Positions 19,420 to 28,792 of a stretch of 64,000 bases of DNA are shown here, in pieces; positions within the stretch are counted from its first letter, which is position 1; each line of letters begins with the position of its first letter. The notes beneath the pieces were generated by a model. That model was not told the origin of the DNA. It worked only from the letters and a program-made list of their open reading frames with translations, and made no database searches. The stretch covers positions 248,001-312,000 of the forward strand of contig JAQOWU010000003.1 in assembly GCA_030867685.1 (NCBI GenBank). The letters run 5' to 3'. The translations under genes and the position numbers were made by a program. Source of the DNA: Wickerhamiella versatilis. Taxonomy: Eukaryota.

Positions 19420-20298
19420 TCATGTCGACGCTATGTCCTGTAGCAGGGTAGGGCCGACTGGCTTCCAGTCAAGAGATTTCTGGGTAATCGTGGACGTACC
19501 GTCAACATCGCTTCCGACAAAATAGCTCAAAAAGCCATAAAAGTCTGAAGCCTCCTGCATGGAGATGTTTTTGATCGGCACGTCAAGGACTTGTGCCACA
19601 GCTTCCACTATGTCCTTCACCTCGACCCCATCCTCTGCCACGGCATGGTAGTGCGATCCCGATGTACCGTTCTCCAGGGCAAGTCTGTATAGGCGTGCAG
19701 TGTCGTTCACATGGCAGGCGGCCCATTTCTGCTTACCATCGCCAATATACGCTATTGAGCCCTTCTGCTGGGCAAACCCGGCCAAGAATGTAACAAGGCC
19801 TTGCTTTTTAGTGTCGTGAATTTGGGATAATCGCACCACACTAATCCGAACGCCTTGCTCAGCAAGTTTGCTGGAAGCCACCTCAGCAAGAACCCGGGGA
19901 TAGCCAGGTTGGTCTACGTTGCTCACAGTTTCTACTGCAGGCTCAGTGGGGCTCGATTTGCCAAGTCCGATTACTCCTGTTACCACCAAGGGCTTGTTAG
20001 TGCCCTTTAGGGCGTTGCCAAACGTCGTGATGACAGCAGCTTCTTCCTCACAAGATTCCACAATTTTGTCGAAACTGCCGAAAGCCAGGTGAATCACACC
20101 GTCTACCTTCTTAGCTGTCTCGCTAAGGAGCTCTGAATTCGAGATGTCACCGACTACTGGCTCGATACCAGCCTTTCGCAATTCCTTGACCTTTGACTCG
20201 GAATGGGTAAGACCGACGACCTTATGGCCAGATTGGATCAATTCCTGAGCAACATGGCTTCCCACAAATCCTGATACACCTGTAATGAATACAATCAT
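19420..20298 (-). CDS. NAD(P)-dependent epimerase/dehydratase-like extended SDR
   Basis: First ATG is 20298; VFITGVSGFVGS, DGVIHLAF, VVRLSQIHD, YIGDGKQKWAACHVND. Confidence 0.85.
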   Translation of the reverse strand: MIVFITGVSGFVGSHVAQELIQSGHKVVGLTHSESKVKELRKAGIEPVVGDISNSELLSETAKKVDGVIHLAFGSFDKIVESCEEEAAVITTFGNALKGTNKPLVVTGVIGLGKSSPTEPAVETVSNVDQPGYPRVLAEVASSKLAEQGVRISVVRLSQIHDTKKQGLVTFLAGFAQQKGSIAYIGDGKQKWAACHVNDTARLYRLALENGTSGSHYHAVAEDGVEVKDIVEAVAQVLDVPIKNISMQEASDFYGFLSYFVGSDVDGTSTITQKSLDWKPVGPTLLQDIAST

Positions 20299-20593
20299 TA
20301 TCACCCGCCGCGGCTTGGGCCTGAGAAAGAGGTTCTCTATATAAAGTGGTTCTCTATGTTTGTAATTGCCACGGAGCGGATATCATATCCCCGGTAAAGG
20401 TGGCCGAGGTAGTTTTGCTTAAAAAAGGTTTTTTTTTACACTTTGTGGTGTAGAAAACTAGCGAATCTTGTGACCAGAGAAAAAAAGTATGATGCGACTC
20501 ATATGCGCGACATTTTTCAAGGACTTAATGTATGCTCCTGTATGCTCCTAACCCCAATCAAGCCGGGGCCGCATCCCAGCTTAACCTAGCTAA

Positions 20594-22521
20594 TTAAATT
20601 ATGGCGCACTCATCACCGTTCTGAAAAATTTCCTGGGGTAGCACCTCGAGATTGTTATCTGTTAGGGACTGGGCGGTGTCAACATTGCATAGTTCGTAAT
20701 GGCGGCCCATTATATCCACCAGGGCTTTCCATATCCCCGCCGAAGGAATATTATAGTGACCATAGGGCCATCTACCGGTCTGGATCGATGATATGCTTGT
20801 TCGAAGAAAATAAATGTCGTTTTGATTAGAATTGTGCGTTGGGTAACGGAGCTGCTTGTAGAGGAGGGTGCACACAGCAGTGGTCACCGCAGATAGAGTG
20901 ATCAGCGCACACTGGCCCTTGCTTTTGTATGAATCCACCCCTGCCTTGCATAATTCCCGGGCAGCACCTGAAACTTTAGCCAGTTTCCGGGCAAACTGCC
21001 CGGAAACTGATCAGGATGAAAAGCAGGTATTGTATGAAGGGCCAGTAGTATGTAATGGTACCTAAATTTGACCATAGCCAGCGGAAGTAACTCCACTAGC
21101 TCATTTACCCCCGTATTGGGGTAGTAGTCCCTGGTCCAATCCTTGTCGTTAATAGCTTTGCGCCACTCCGTCAGTTCACCATCAAGATAGCCAATCGCAT
21201 CACTAATCTGCCATAGGGTGTGTTTCTGGGCATGGGGGGAGAAAATGAACGGATAGGCTTTTTCATAAATCCTATCCAGTCGCTGAGCAAGCTTGATATA
21301 CTGCATATTTGGCCGGTCCAGCATCCCATCTAGCCACACCGTTGACGAGTGTACCGCGGGTGGTTTCTGAGAGAGCATAATCCTGAAGTTATATGTGACG
21401 TGGCAGACAATGTGCCAGACCCTCTCTCTCCATTCTGCCTCCTTCGTACTGTACCGCATTCTCTGGCTGGGGTTGTCCAGGCCAATTGCCTTCGACATGT
21501 CAATAATAACGTCCAGGTAGAGTACGATGGATGGCACTGCCTCACCCCCAAGCAAAATGAATACCAGCAGCGTCGAGAGTCTGATTTCTAGAAACCCCGG
21601 TGGGGAGAATCGCATGAAGTTAAGCGTCCTGATTGCTTGACACACCGCGGCCCTCTTATGTTTCCCAAGGATTTCCTCGGAAAAGATGCTATGGTCCTTG
21701 CGGAGCTTTATGTCGGTGCAACCAATTAGGATGATTGCTGCGAGCTGGCCCCTTCTCAGGGGATCTGGCGTAGTCGGCATCAGCCTGAATCCCACCTCCT
21801 CCAGAGGCATGAGCGGACGTACAAATGTATCAGCTAGATCAGTATATATGCGGATACTGGCCTCCAGTAATGCGACATTGGGCTCGAACTCCGTGGTCTC
21901 CCCAAACATTTTCACAAACACGTTTTGGATATCCCACCACGCCTGATGGGAGGTGGCCTCGAGGCGCTGCGGAAGCATTGGGTCGCCCAGTTTAAACGCC
22001 AGCGACGATATATCCTCTGGGCTTAATATGGAAAGGAAAACACTAGACATGTAGATGGAAGTGTTTGCTTGGCCCCCTACCGTATGGGCCTTCATGATTG
22101 CGAGCCGGTCATTAAATAGCAGGTTGCCTTTGAGTTTACCAGCATCTCCAGAATGCTTTCCACCAGGATCATCAAGGGTTCCCACACATTTCGAGGAGGC
22201 ATTCCTCACTCCATCGTTGCCCCCACCTCCGATCGCACCTCCATTTGTAACCCTCGCCACATCGGCCACCAGCGAGCCGAGAACAGCCTCAAACCGGTTG
22301 AATTTGTCCTCAATTCGATCGAGCTTTCCATTTACAGCCGCGAACCGCGTGTCGGAGGTGGCATCTCGCGGTAATTTGCTGTACTCGCAGACCTCACCCC
22401 GTTTCTTGCACTGGCCGCAGATCGGCGACACAGAATCACAACGAGACTTCCTCTTTCTACAGTTGTTACATGCAATTGATGACCGCAATTGCTTTGTCTT
22501 TGGTTGAGAATTATCGGACAT
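20594..22521 (-). pseudogene. Zn(II)2Cys6 transcription factor with one frameshift near 20980-21010
   Basis: ACNNCRKRKSRCDSVSPICGQCKKRGEVCEY. The main frame degrades after HPDQFPG, while a second frame (LAKVSGAARELCKAG...TAVCTLLYKQL...) continues the C-terminal domain to the stop at 20594. Either a pseudogene or an assembly error. Confidence 0.75.
20981..21009. repeat. Perfect 13-bp inverted repeat with 3-nt loop
   Basis: cagtttccgggca-aac-tgcccggaaactg. Confidence 0.95.
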
Positions 22522-22665
22522 GGTGCACCTCGCGGCCCGAAGAGCCGGTCCGATTGGTAAGCATGTGATGGGGTTTAAATACGTTTAAAGCTGAAGAAAT
22601 AATAAATTATTTAACTAATAGCCAAATATTAACGAAGATTCATGTGGCCCGGTCCTGCATTCATC

Positions 22666-23592
22666 CTACTTCGGGGTAAAATCAAAGGTCAACCCAGTGA
22701 GCGCCTTTGTTTCCTCAAAGAGCTTCTCAGTGATCTTGGGATCATCGGCTAATGGTGCTGTGTCGTTCACCACAGGATTTCCTCTCATATTCATAATTCC
22801 ATCAGGCCCCCAGTACGATCCCGGCTTGACAGAGGGATCAGTTGCTGCACGCAACGTTGGCAACGCTCCCTGGGCACTACTCTGGGCTAAAACATAGTTG
22901 AGGATCCTAAACAAGAACACAGTGCGCTGCAATTCGGTTGCAGCATAGCCTGGGTGGGCAGCAGCAACCTGGGGTGACTTGATTCCCGCATCTACGAGTC
23001 GACGACTCAATTCCTTCGCAAAGACCAAATCAGCTAGTTTGCTTGTGGCATAGGCTTGGATAGAATCGTATTTACGCTTTTTCCAATCCAGATCATCAAA
23101 CGACTCCGCCTTTGCCTGTTTGTGCAGGCTGCTTGATAGCACGACGATCCGCGAGCCCTCTGTCTTCGTGAGCAAGGGCAGCAGGTACTTGGTGAGTGCA
23201 GCATGCCCGAAGTAGTTCGTGCCAATTTGCAGCTCATGGTCTTGCTTGGTCCGGGTGTAGGGGGTCATCATGACGCCTGCGTTGAGAATGAGCAGGTCAA
23301 GACGCGTGTTCTCACCCATAAACTTTGTGGAATACTCCTTCACCTGGTCCAAATCGCTCAAATCAAGCAGCTGGAACTCTGCAGCGCCTTTGCCCCCTGT
23401 CTTTGCCTTAGCAACCTCGTCGTTGATCTTCTTGGCCGCTGCCTCGCCTTTCTCGGTGTTGCGACATGCAAGAATAGTTTTGGCGCCATGGAGGGCCAAT
23501 CCAAGTGCAGTTTCATATCCCAGGCCGGTATTGGCTCCCGTGATCAACGCAACACGTCCTGTTTGATTTGGAATATTCTCAGTCGTCCACAT
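22666..23592 (-). CDS. SDR oxidoreductase, retinol-dehydrogenase/protochlorophyllide-reductase-like
   Basis: WTTENIPNQTGRVALITGANTGLG, LILNAGVM, GTNYFGH, YATSKLA, AAHPGYAATEL. Confidence 0.9.
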   Translation of the reverse strand: MWTTENIPNQTGRVALITGANTGLGYETALGLALHGAKTILACRNTEKGEAAAKKINDEVAKAKTGGKGAAEFQLLDLSDLDQVKEYSTKFMGENTRLDLLILNAGVMMTPYTRTKQDHELQIGTNYFGHAALTKYLLPLLTKTEGSRIVVLSSSLHKQAKAESFDDLDWKKRKYDSIQAYATSKLADLVFAKELSRRLVDAGIKSPQVAAAHPGYAATELQRTVFLFRILNYVLAQSSAQGALPTLRAATDPSVKPGSYWGPDGIMNMRGNPVVNDTAPLADDPKITEKLFEETKALTGLTFDFTPK

Positions 23593-23957
23593 AGTTTATT
23601 CGGTTAGTCAGTAATTGATGCATGTGACGGTATATTTTTTTGTGATTTGATACCATAATAATTTATGTTAGTACCGTGGTTTATTCATTTCCAGCCTGAG
23701 TTGAAGCTTAATTATATTCTTTGAGCTGCTGATGGGGTGTGGCATTGCACAGCTCAGCCTACGTATCCTAAATAGGACTCTTACCACAGGTGACTTTTTT
23801 AGCGAGAAATGTTGTCGAGAAAGCACTTGCATGTGATGTGGCAGCATCTGCTATATCCACAGCAACATCTCAATGCGAAAGAAAAGAAAACCTACGCCAT
23901 CAGACTGTATCTAATTTGCTAGATACAATTAGTAACTTCGTTCAGGTTGGCCGACCG

Positions 23958-25460
23958 ATGATGCATCGCCTTATCGCAGCATTTTTGGTGGCAGTTAATG
24001 GACTGGAACCTGAGCAAAATGTCTTGAGTAAACATCTACAAGATTCAGACGTCGTTATTCCTCCCTCAAGATCATACAATGGCCTAAACAAACTGCCCCC
24101 CATGGGATGGAATAATTGGAATGCATATGGCTGCGATGTTAGTGAGGAGCTTCTTATTTCCACCGCAAAAACTACCAAGAAATTCGGTCTGCAAGACTTG
24201 GGGTACCACTACATTACCATGGACGACTGCTGGTCGATTGGCCGCAACCTGACCGGCCACCTCGTACCCGATCCAGTGCGATTCCCCAATGGTATTCGCC
24301 ATTTGGCTGATAGACTCCACTCAATGGGATACAACTTCGGTATGTACTCCAGTGCAGGTACTCTAACGTGTGCACTGTTTCCCGGATCGTTGGACTACGA
24401 GACGGAGGACGCGGACTTTTTCGCAGACAACCATGTGGACTACCTGAAGTACGATAACTGCTACAACAAGGGCCTCCAAGGCACACCGCAACTGTCATTC
24501 AATCGCTATGAAGCAATGGCCAACGCACTGCTGGCTACTGGCCGTCCCATTGTATACGCATTGTGCCAGTGGGGCACGGACTATGTGTGGCAGTGGTCCC
24601 AGCCCATCTCCAACTCTGCCCGCATGAGTGGTGACATATATGACTCGTTCAATCGGCCGGATCCGAGCTGTATCACGCCAGATGATGCACCGAGTGCACT
24701 GGCCCTCCACAGGTGCAGTGTGATGAATATACTCAACATAATGGCGACTGTCCAGTCCAAGTCGAGGTCAGGCTGGTTCAATGACATGGACATGCTCGAG
24801 GTTGGCAACGGTGGCATGGATGACAACGAGTATGTGACGCACTTCTCGTTATGGGCCATGCTGTCATCGCCATTGCTGATGAGCACAGATATAAACCACA
24901 TCCTGCCCAGGGACTTCTCCATTATTGCGAATCCTGCCATTATTGCCCTAAATCAGGACCCTTTGCCACGAGGAGCGTCGCGGATCTGGCTTAAGGAGTG
25001 CGAGGACAAGGACCAGTATGGGCTTTGTGACCACCAGCTGTGGACCCGCACAATGGCCAACGGCGATAAGGTCATAGCCCTCATAAATGGCGGTAACAGG
25101 TCGGCAACGCTCACTGCAAGTCTTCAGGATATATTCACCGAGGAGCTGACCTCAGGCACGTACCACCGCAGCAAGAGATACCTCGAGCAGACGTGGGACG
25201 TCCATGACCTTTGGGCGAACAGGCTGTCCGAAAAACAAGCCGGAGAAATTTTGATGAATGGTGCAGCAGCATTCGTGGAGTCCAATCCTGAGTCAGTTGC
25301 GTGGTACAACTCCACAGAGATGTCGTATGAGGCTGGACTCCGATCGAACCATCCTGCGCTGTTCGGGGCAAAAGTTGGGAAAATTGGACCCAACGGAGAG
25401 TGGAGTGTGGATATTCCTCGTCACTCAACAGGGCTATACCGACTCAGAAAAACAGACTGA
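23958..25460 (+). CDS. MEL1: Secreted alpha-galactosidase (GH27, melibiase-like)
   Basis: First ATG is 23958, followed by a signal peptide; PPMGWNNWN, MDDCW, FGMYSSAG, YLKYDNCY, RMSGDIYD, NDMDMLEVGNG. Confidence 0.9.
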   Translation: MMHRLIAAFLVAVNGLEPEQNVLSKHLQDSDVVIPPSRSYNGLNKLPPMGWNNWNAYGCDVSEELLISTAKTTKKFGLQDLGYHYITMDDCWSIGRNLTGHLVPDPVRFPNGIRHLADRLHSMGYNFGMYSSAGTLTCALFPGSLDYETEDADFFADNHVDYLKYDNCYNKGLQGTPQLSFNRYEAMANALLATGRPIVYALCQWGTDYVWQWSQPISNSARMSGDIYDSFNRPDPSCITPDDAPSALALHRCSVMNILNIMATVQSKSRSGWFNDMDMLEVGNGGMDDNEYVTHFSLWAMLSSPLLMSTDINHILPRDFSIIANPAIIALNQDPLPRGASRIWLKECEDKDQYGLCDHQLWTRTMANGDKVIALINGGNRSATLTASLQDIFTEELTSGTYHRSKRYLEQTWDVHDLWANRLSEKQAGEILMNGAAAFVESNPESVAWYNSTEMSYEAGLRSNHPALFGAKVGKIGPNGEWSVDIPRHSTGLYRLRKTD

Positions 25461-26126
25461 TGCATTGTGTAACTCCTGGTAGCTAAGTTATTTTGTTTTC
25501 ATTAAGCTGACAGATAAGCTACCGTTACCGACACACACCGGTTACATTCTAATATATATGATAACAATAAAAACTTTTAGCGAATGCCACCCGTACTAAA
25601 AAATCCGTTAACATAAAAGATTGAGTTGTGAAGATGCCTCAGGCTTCTCTGCATGGTGAGACAATACCGGTAAGAGCCGTACCGAATGAATCATACTGAG
25701 GTTTACCAGTACAGTATGCATTAGCAGCTAGTTATTTATTTCGGCCATATAATGTTAAGTACCTCCTATGGACAAGCTATAAAAGGTTGATCTATGGTTA
25801 AGCGGAGTGGCCTACCTGGTTCGATGTCATTGGTAAGCATTGTTTCATTGAGATATGGCGGTTTTGGGGAAATTAATTTTCAGACCAGTCCAGTTTAGTT
25901 ATTAGTAGACGACGGAGAATTTCGATCAAATACTTGCAATCTCAATGAATTATCTCGTTCACCAAACGACACTATCGTAGCAGTAGGGTAAGAGATCTCT
26001 TATGCAGAGTTTATTAGTGCTGCGTATGTAATATACATACCGCTTATCCAACCAGTATCTAGAGATAGATATATCTCCAACATTCCAATTATACTAGAAA
26101 CGTCTCAGTCATTCAGGTTGGATAGG

Positions 26127-28400
26127 ATGAATCTACTTAGTTTGGCCGTTGGCATCACGTGTGCCGTTGCAGCCAGTACCGCCAGTCCGTTGCAAAAGCG
26201 GGCTGAGGATTATTATGTTGGAACGAGGTGGCCAAGCGTTCCTTTCGAGGTGCCCGAAAGCTGGGCAGGTGAAATGCCGATCACGACTGTCCATGGAAAC
26301 TTTACTGACAGCTTATTCTTTTGGTACTACCATGCCGAGGAGGGCTGTGGCAGTGACGAGGACTTGGTTATCTGGGTGAACGGCGGACCAGGTTGTTCGA
26401 GTTTGGAAGGTGCGCTTCAAGAGAATGGGCCGGTAGTTTTTCCCTGGAATATTTCGGGTCTTCCTGATGAGCCCTATGTCAAGCTCAACCCCTACTCCTG
26501 GCACAAGCTCGCCAGTATATTGTACGTCGAGGAACCCGTGGGAACGGGCTTTTCAGAAGGCACAGTTGACATCAACGGCTACGCAGATGCCGCAGAGGAG
26601 TTCTTCTCGTTCTTGGAAAATTTCTACAAGACGTTTCCCGAAAACAAGGGCAAGAAACTCTGGATAACTGGCGAGTCTGATGCGGGCCAAATGGTGCCAT
26701 ACATCGCGAATCACATTTATAGCCACGACAAAGAATCCAAGTCGGCTGGAATTAATCTTAAAGGGATCTCGATCAACGATCCTGTATTCACAGGGAACTT
26801 TTTCGGGGCCGAGGCTGCCATGATTCCATTTGCTTACGCCTGGAAGGATACCCTTGGCTTCTCAGACGAATTCCTTGAGTCCGTCACCAAGGAGGCTGAT
26901 AAGTATGGTCTGGCTGACTATCTTGAAAAAAACCTGGTGTATCCCCCCCCCGAGGGCGGCCTGAAGATTCCAGAGCAGGCCAACTTTTCGGAGTTTGATC
27001 CGTCGGATGCCGTCACCAACCAGGCCTTCAGCGAGAATCCGCTACTGAATGTGTACAATGTGAACCAGTCAGTACCCATAAATGACTCGCTCGGTTTCCC
27101 CCCCAATGGCGACGAGTCAACACATAATATCATAAATGATGTTCCTGGCTTTAAGGAAATGATCCACGCGCCTAATATGGCTTGGGTCGAATGCGGTAGC
27201 AATGTGTTCAATAATACACCAAACGATCCGTTACCAGACGTCTCGGTTCTTCCCGGGGTGATCGAAAAGAGTGAGCGCGTGCTCATTCAGCATGGTAACA
27301 ATGACATTCTTTTGCTAATGAACGGATCAGCACTGGCCATTCAGAACATGACATGGGGTGGAAGCCGTGGCTTCCAGTCTGAACCCACAGATGTACTTCG
27401 GGTCGAAGGCCGAGATGCTGGTAAGTATCACTCAGAAAGAGGCCTTACTTTCATTCAGGTATGGGAGTCCGGCCATATGATTCCTCAGGACCAGCCAGCC
27501 GTTGCATTTAAGAATCTGGAATACCTCCTGGGCCAGATCAGTTACGAGGAAATGGGACAAGATTCTGTTGGTTGCAAGGCCAGTACCACCAGCTCAGCTC
27601 CTGCTGCAAGTTCGTCCAAAGCAGCTTCGTCTAAGCCCCTATCTGTCGCTGTCGTGCCAACCTCTTCCTCTGGCAAGAACTTATCTACCACAAGCATAGA
27701 GTCCTCTGGTAAACTGTATGCGAGCAGTGGCATAAATCCCACTACCAGGCCATCTGGCAGCGAAGCTCTTTCCGTAGCGCAATCCTCGGCTGTTTCCAGC
27801 ACAGCATCCAAGTCGAAGCGATCTGTAGACTCCAGTGTGGCACAGGTAAGCTCCCACACTAAAGTTCTAACCAGTGGATCCGGCCACAAGACGTTGGTTA
27901 CAGCCTCTGCTTCCAATAGCTTATCAACGGATTCCGCTGAAGCCACTACGTGGACCACATTCTGTCCAAGTCCCACAAAATTCTCAGCCGCGGGATCGAC
28001 AGTTACAGTTACTGCGCCCACGACATTGACCTTCACCGAATGCTCTTGCACATTAACTGAGTCCGGAAAGCACAGTGAGCCCTCGCTTGCTCCTGTGATT
28101 ACATCCTCAGTTAGTACAGAGACTGACTCTCGTACTATTTATACCACATTCTGTCCATCACCCACCACTCTCAGCGTCGCGAACTCAACAGTAGTTGTTA
28201 GTAGCCCCACTACGCTTACACTTACACTTCCTGTCACTACTGTTGCTAGTAATACGAAAAATTCAGAAAGTGAAGCCACCCCATCCTCAATCATGGAACC
28301 CTCACTTACTAGTGCGCCGGCGGTGGCTAATAATGGAGCATACTACACACCTAACTGGTGGAGTCACTTGGTTCTTCCTTTTATTCTGTTACTGGTATAG
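26127..28400 (+). CDS. Serine carboxypeptidase (S10) with Ser/Thr stalk, cell-wall repeats and predicted GPI anchor
   Basis: Signal peptide; [30 protein letters not shown] (Ser), HGNNDIL (Asp), SGHMIPQDQP (His); ~270-aa S/T tail with two TTFCPSPT repeats; ends NNG...LVLPFILLLV. Confidence 0.9.
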   Translation: MNLLSLAVGITCAVAASTASPLQKRAEDYYVGTRWPSVPFEVPESWAGEMPITTVHGNFTDSLFFWYYHAEEGCGSDEDLVIWVNGGPGCSSLEGALQENGPVVFPWNISGLPDEPYVKLNPYSWHKLASILYVEEPVGTGFSEGTVDINGYADAAEEFFSFLENFYKTFPENKGKKLWITGESDAGQMVPYIANHIYSHDKESKSAGINLKGISINDPVFTGNFFGAEAAMIPFAYAWKDTLGFSDEFLESVTKEADKYGLADYLEKNLVYPPPEGGLKIPEQANFSEFDPSDAVTNQAFSENPLLNVYNVNQSVPINDSLGFPPNGDESTHNIINDVPGFKEMIHAPNMAWVECGSNVFNNTPNDPLPDVSVLPGVIEKSERVLIQHGNNDILLLMNGSALAIQNMTWGGSRGFQSEPTDVLRVEGRDAGKYHSERGLTFIQVWESGHMIPQDQPAVAFKNLEYLLGQISYEEMGQDSVGCKASTTSSAPAASSSKAASSKPLSVAVVPTSSSGKNLSTTSIESSGKLYASSGINPTTRPSGSEALSVAQSSAVSSTASKSKRSVDSSVAQVSSHTKVLTSGSGHKTLVTASASNSLSTDSAEATTWTTFCPSPTKFSAAGSTVTVTAPTTLTFTECSCTLTESGKHSEPSLAPVITSSVSTETDSRTIYTTFCPSPTTLSVANSTVVVSSPTTLTLTLPVTTVASNTKNSESEATPSSIMEPSLTSAPAVANNGAYYTPNWWSHLVLPFILLLV

Positions 28401-28792
28401 TAAATACCTGAGTGACTACTTTTGTGAAATAGCTAGAATGTTTTTATAGTTTCAAAAGCCCAACTAGCATCTAAGTTATAATGATGTAAACACATGGGCG
28501 CTAGGAAATATAAGAATATCCTTAATTTGTCGAAATCTTCTATGATTAGAACATATTTTTCTTTACTTGATAAGACTCGTGTTCAAGATCCCGTTGCAAA
28601 ATGCCAAACGTCTTATGGATGACTGGTGATAAAAAGCAGCCAATATCGCAGATACGAAAATTTGCGTAACTATCTTGTTTCCTAGGATAAATGTCAGTTG
28701 TAATCCTTACAAAAAGATATTGAATTTATAGTTGGATAATAAAAGAAAAATAAGTTCTTATAGATCTGTTCTGCCTAGTAACACTACAGGCA

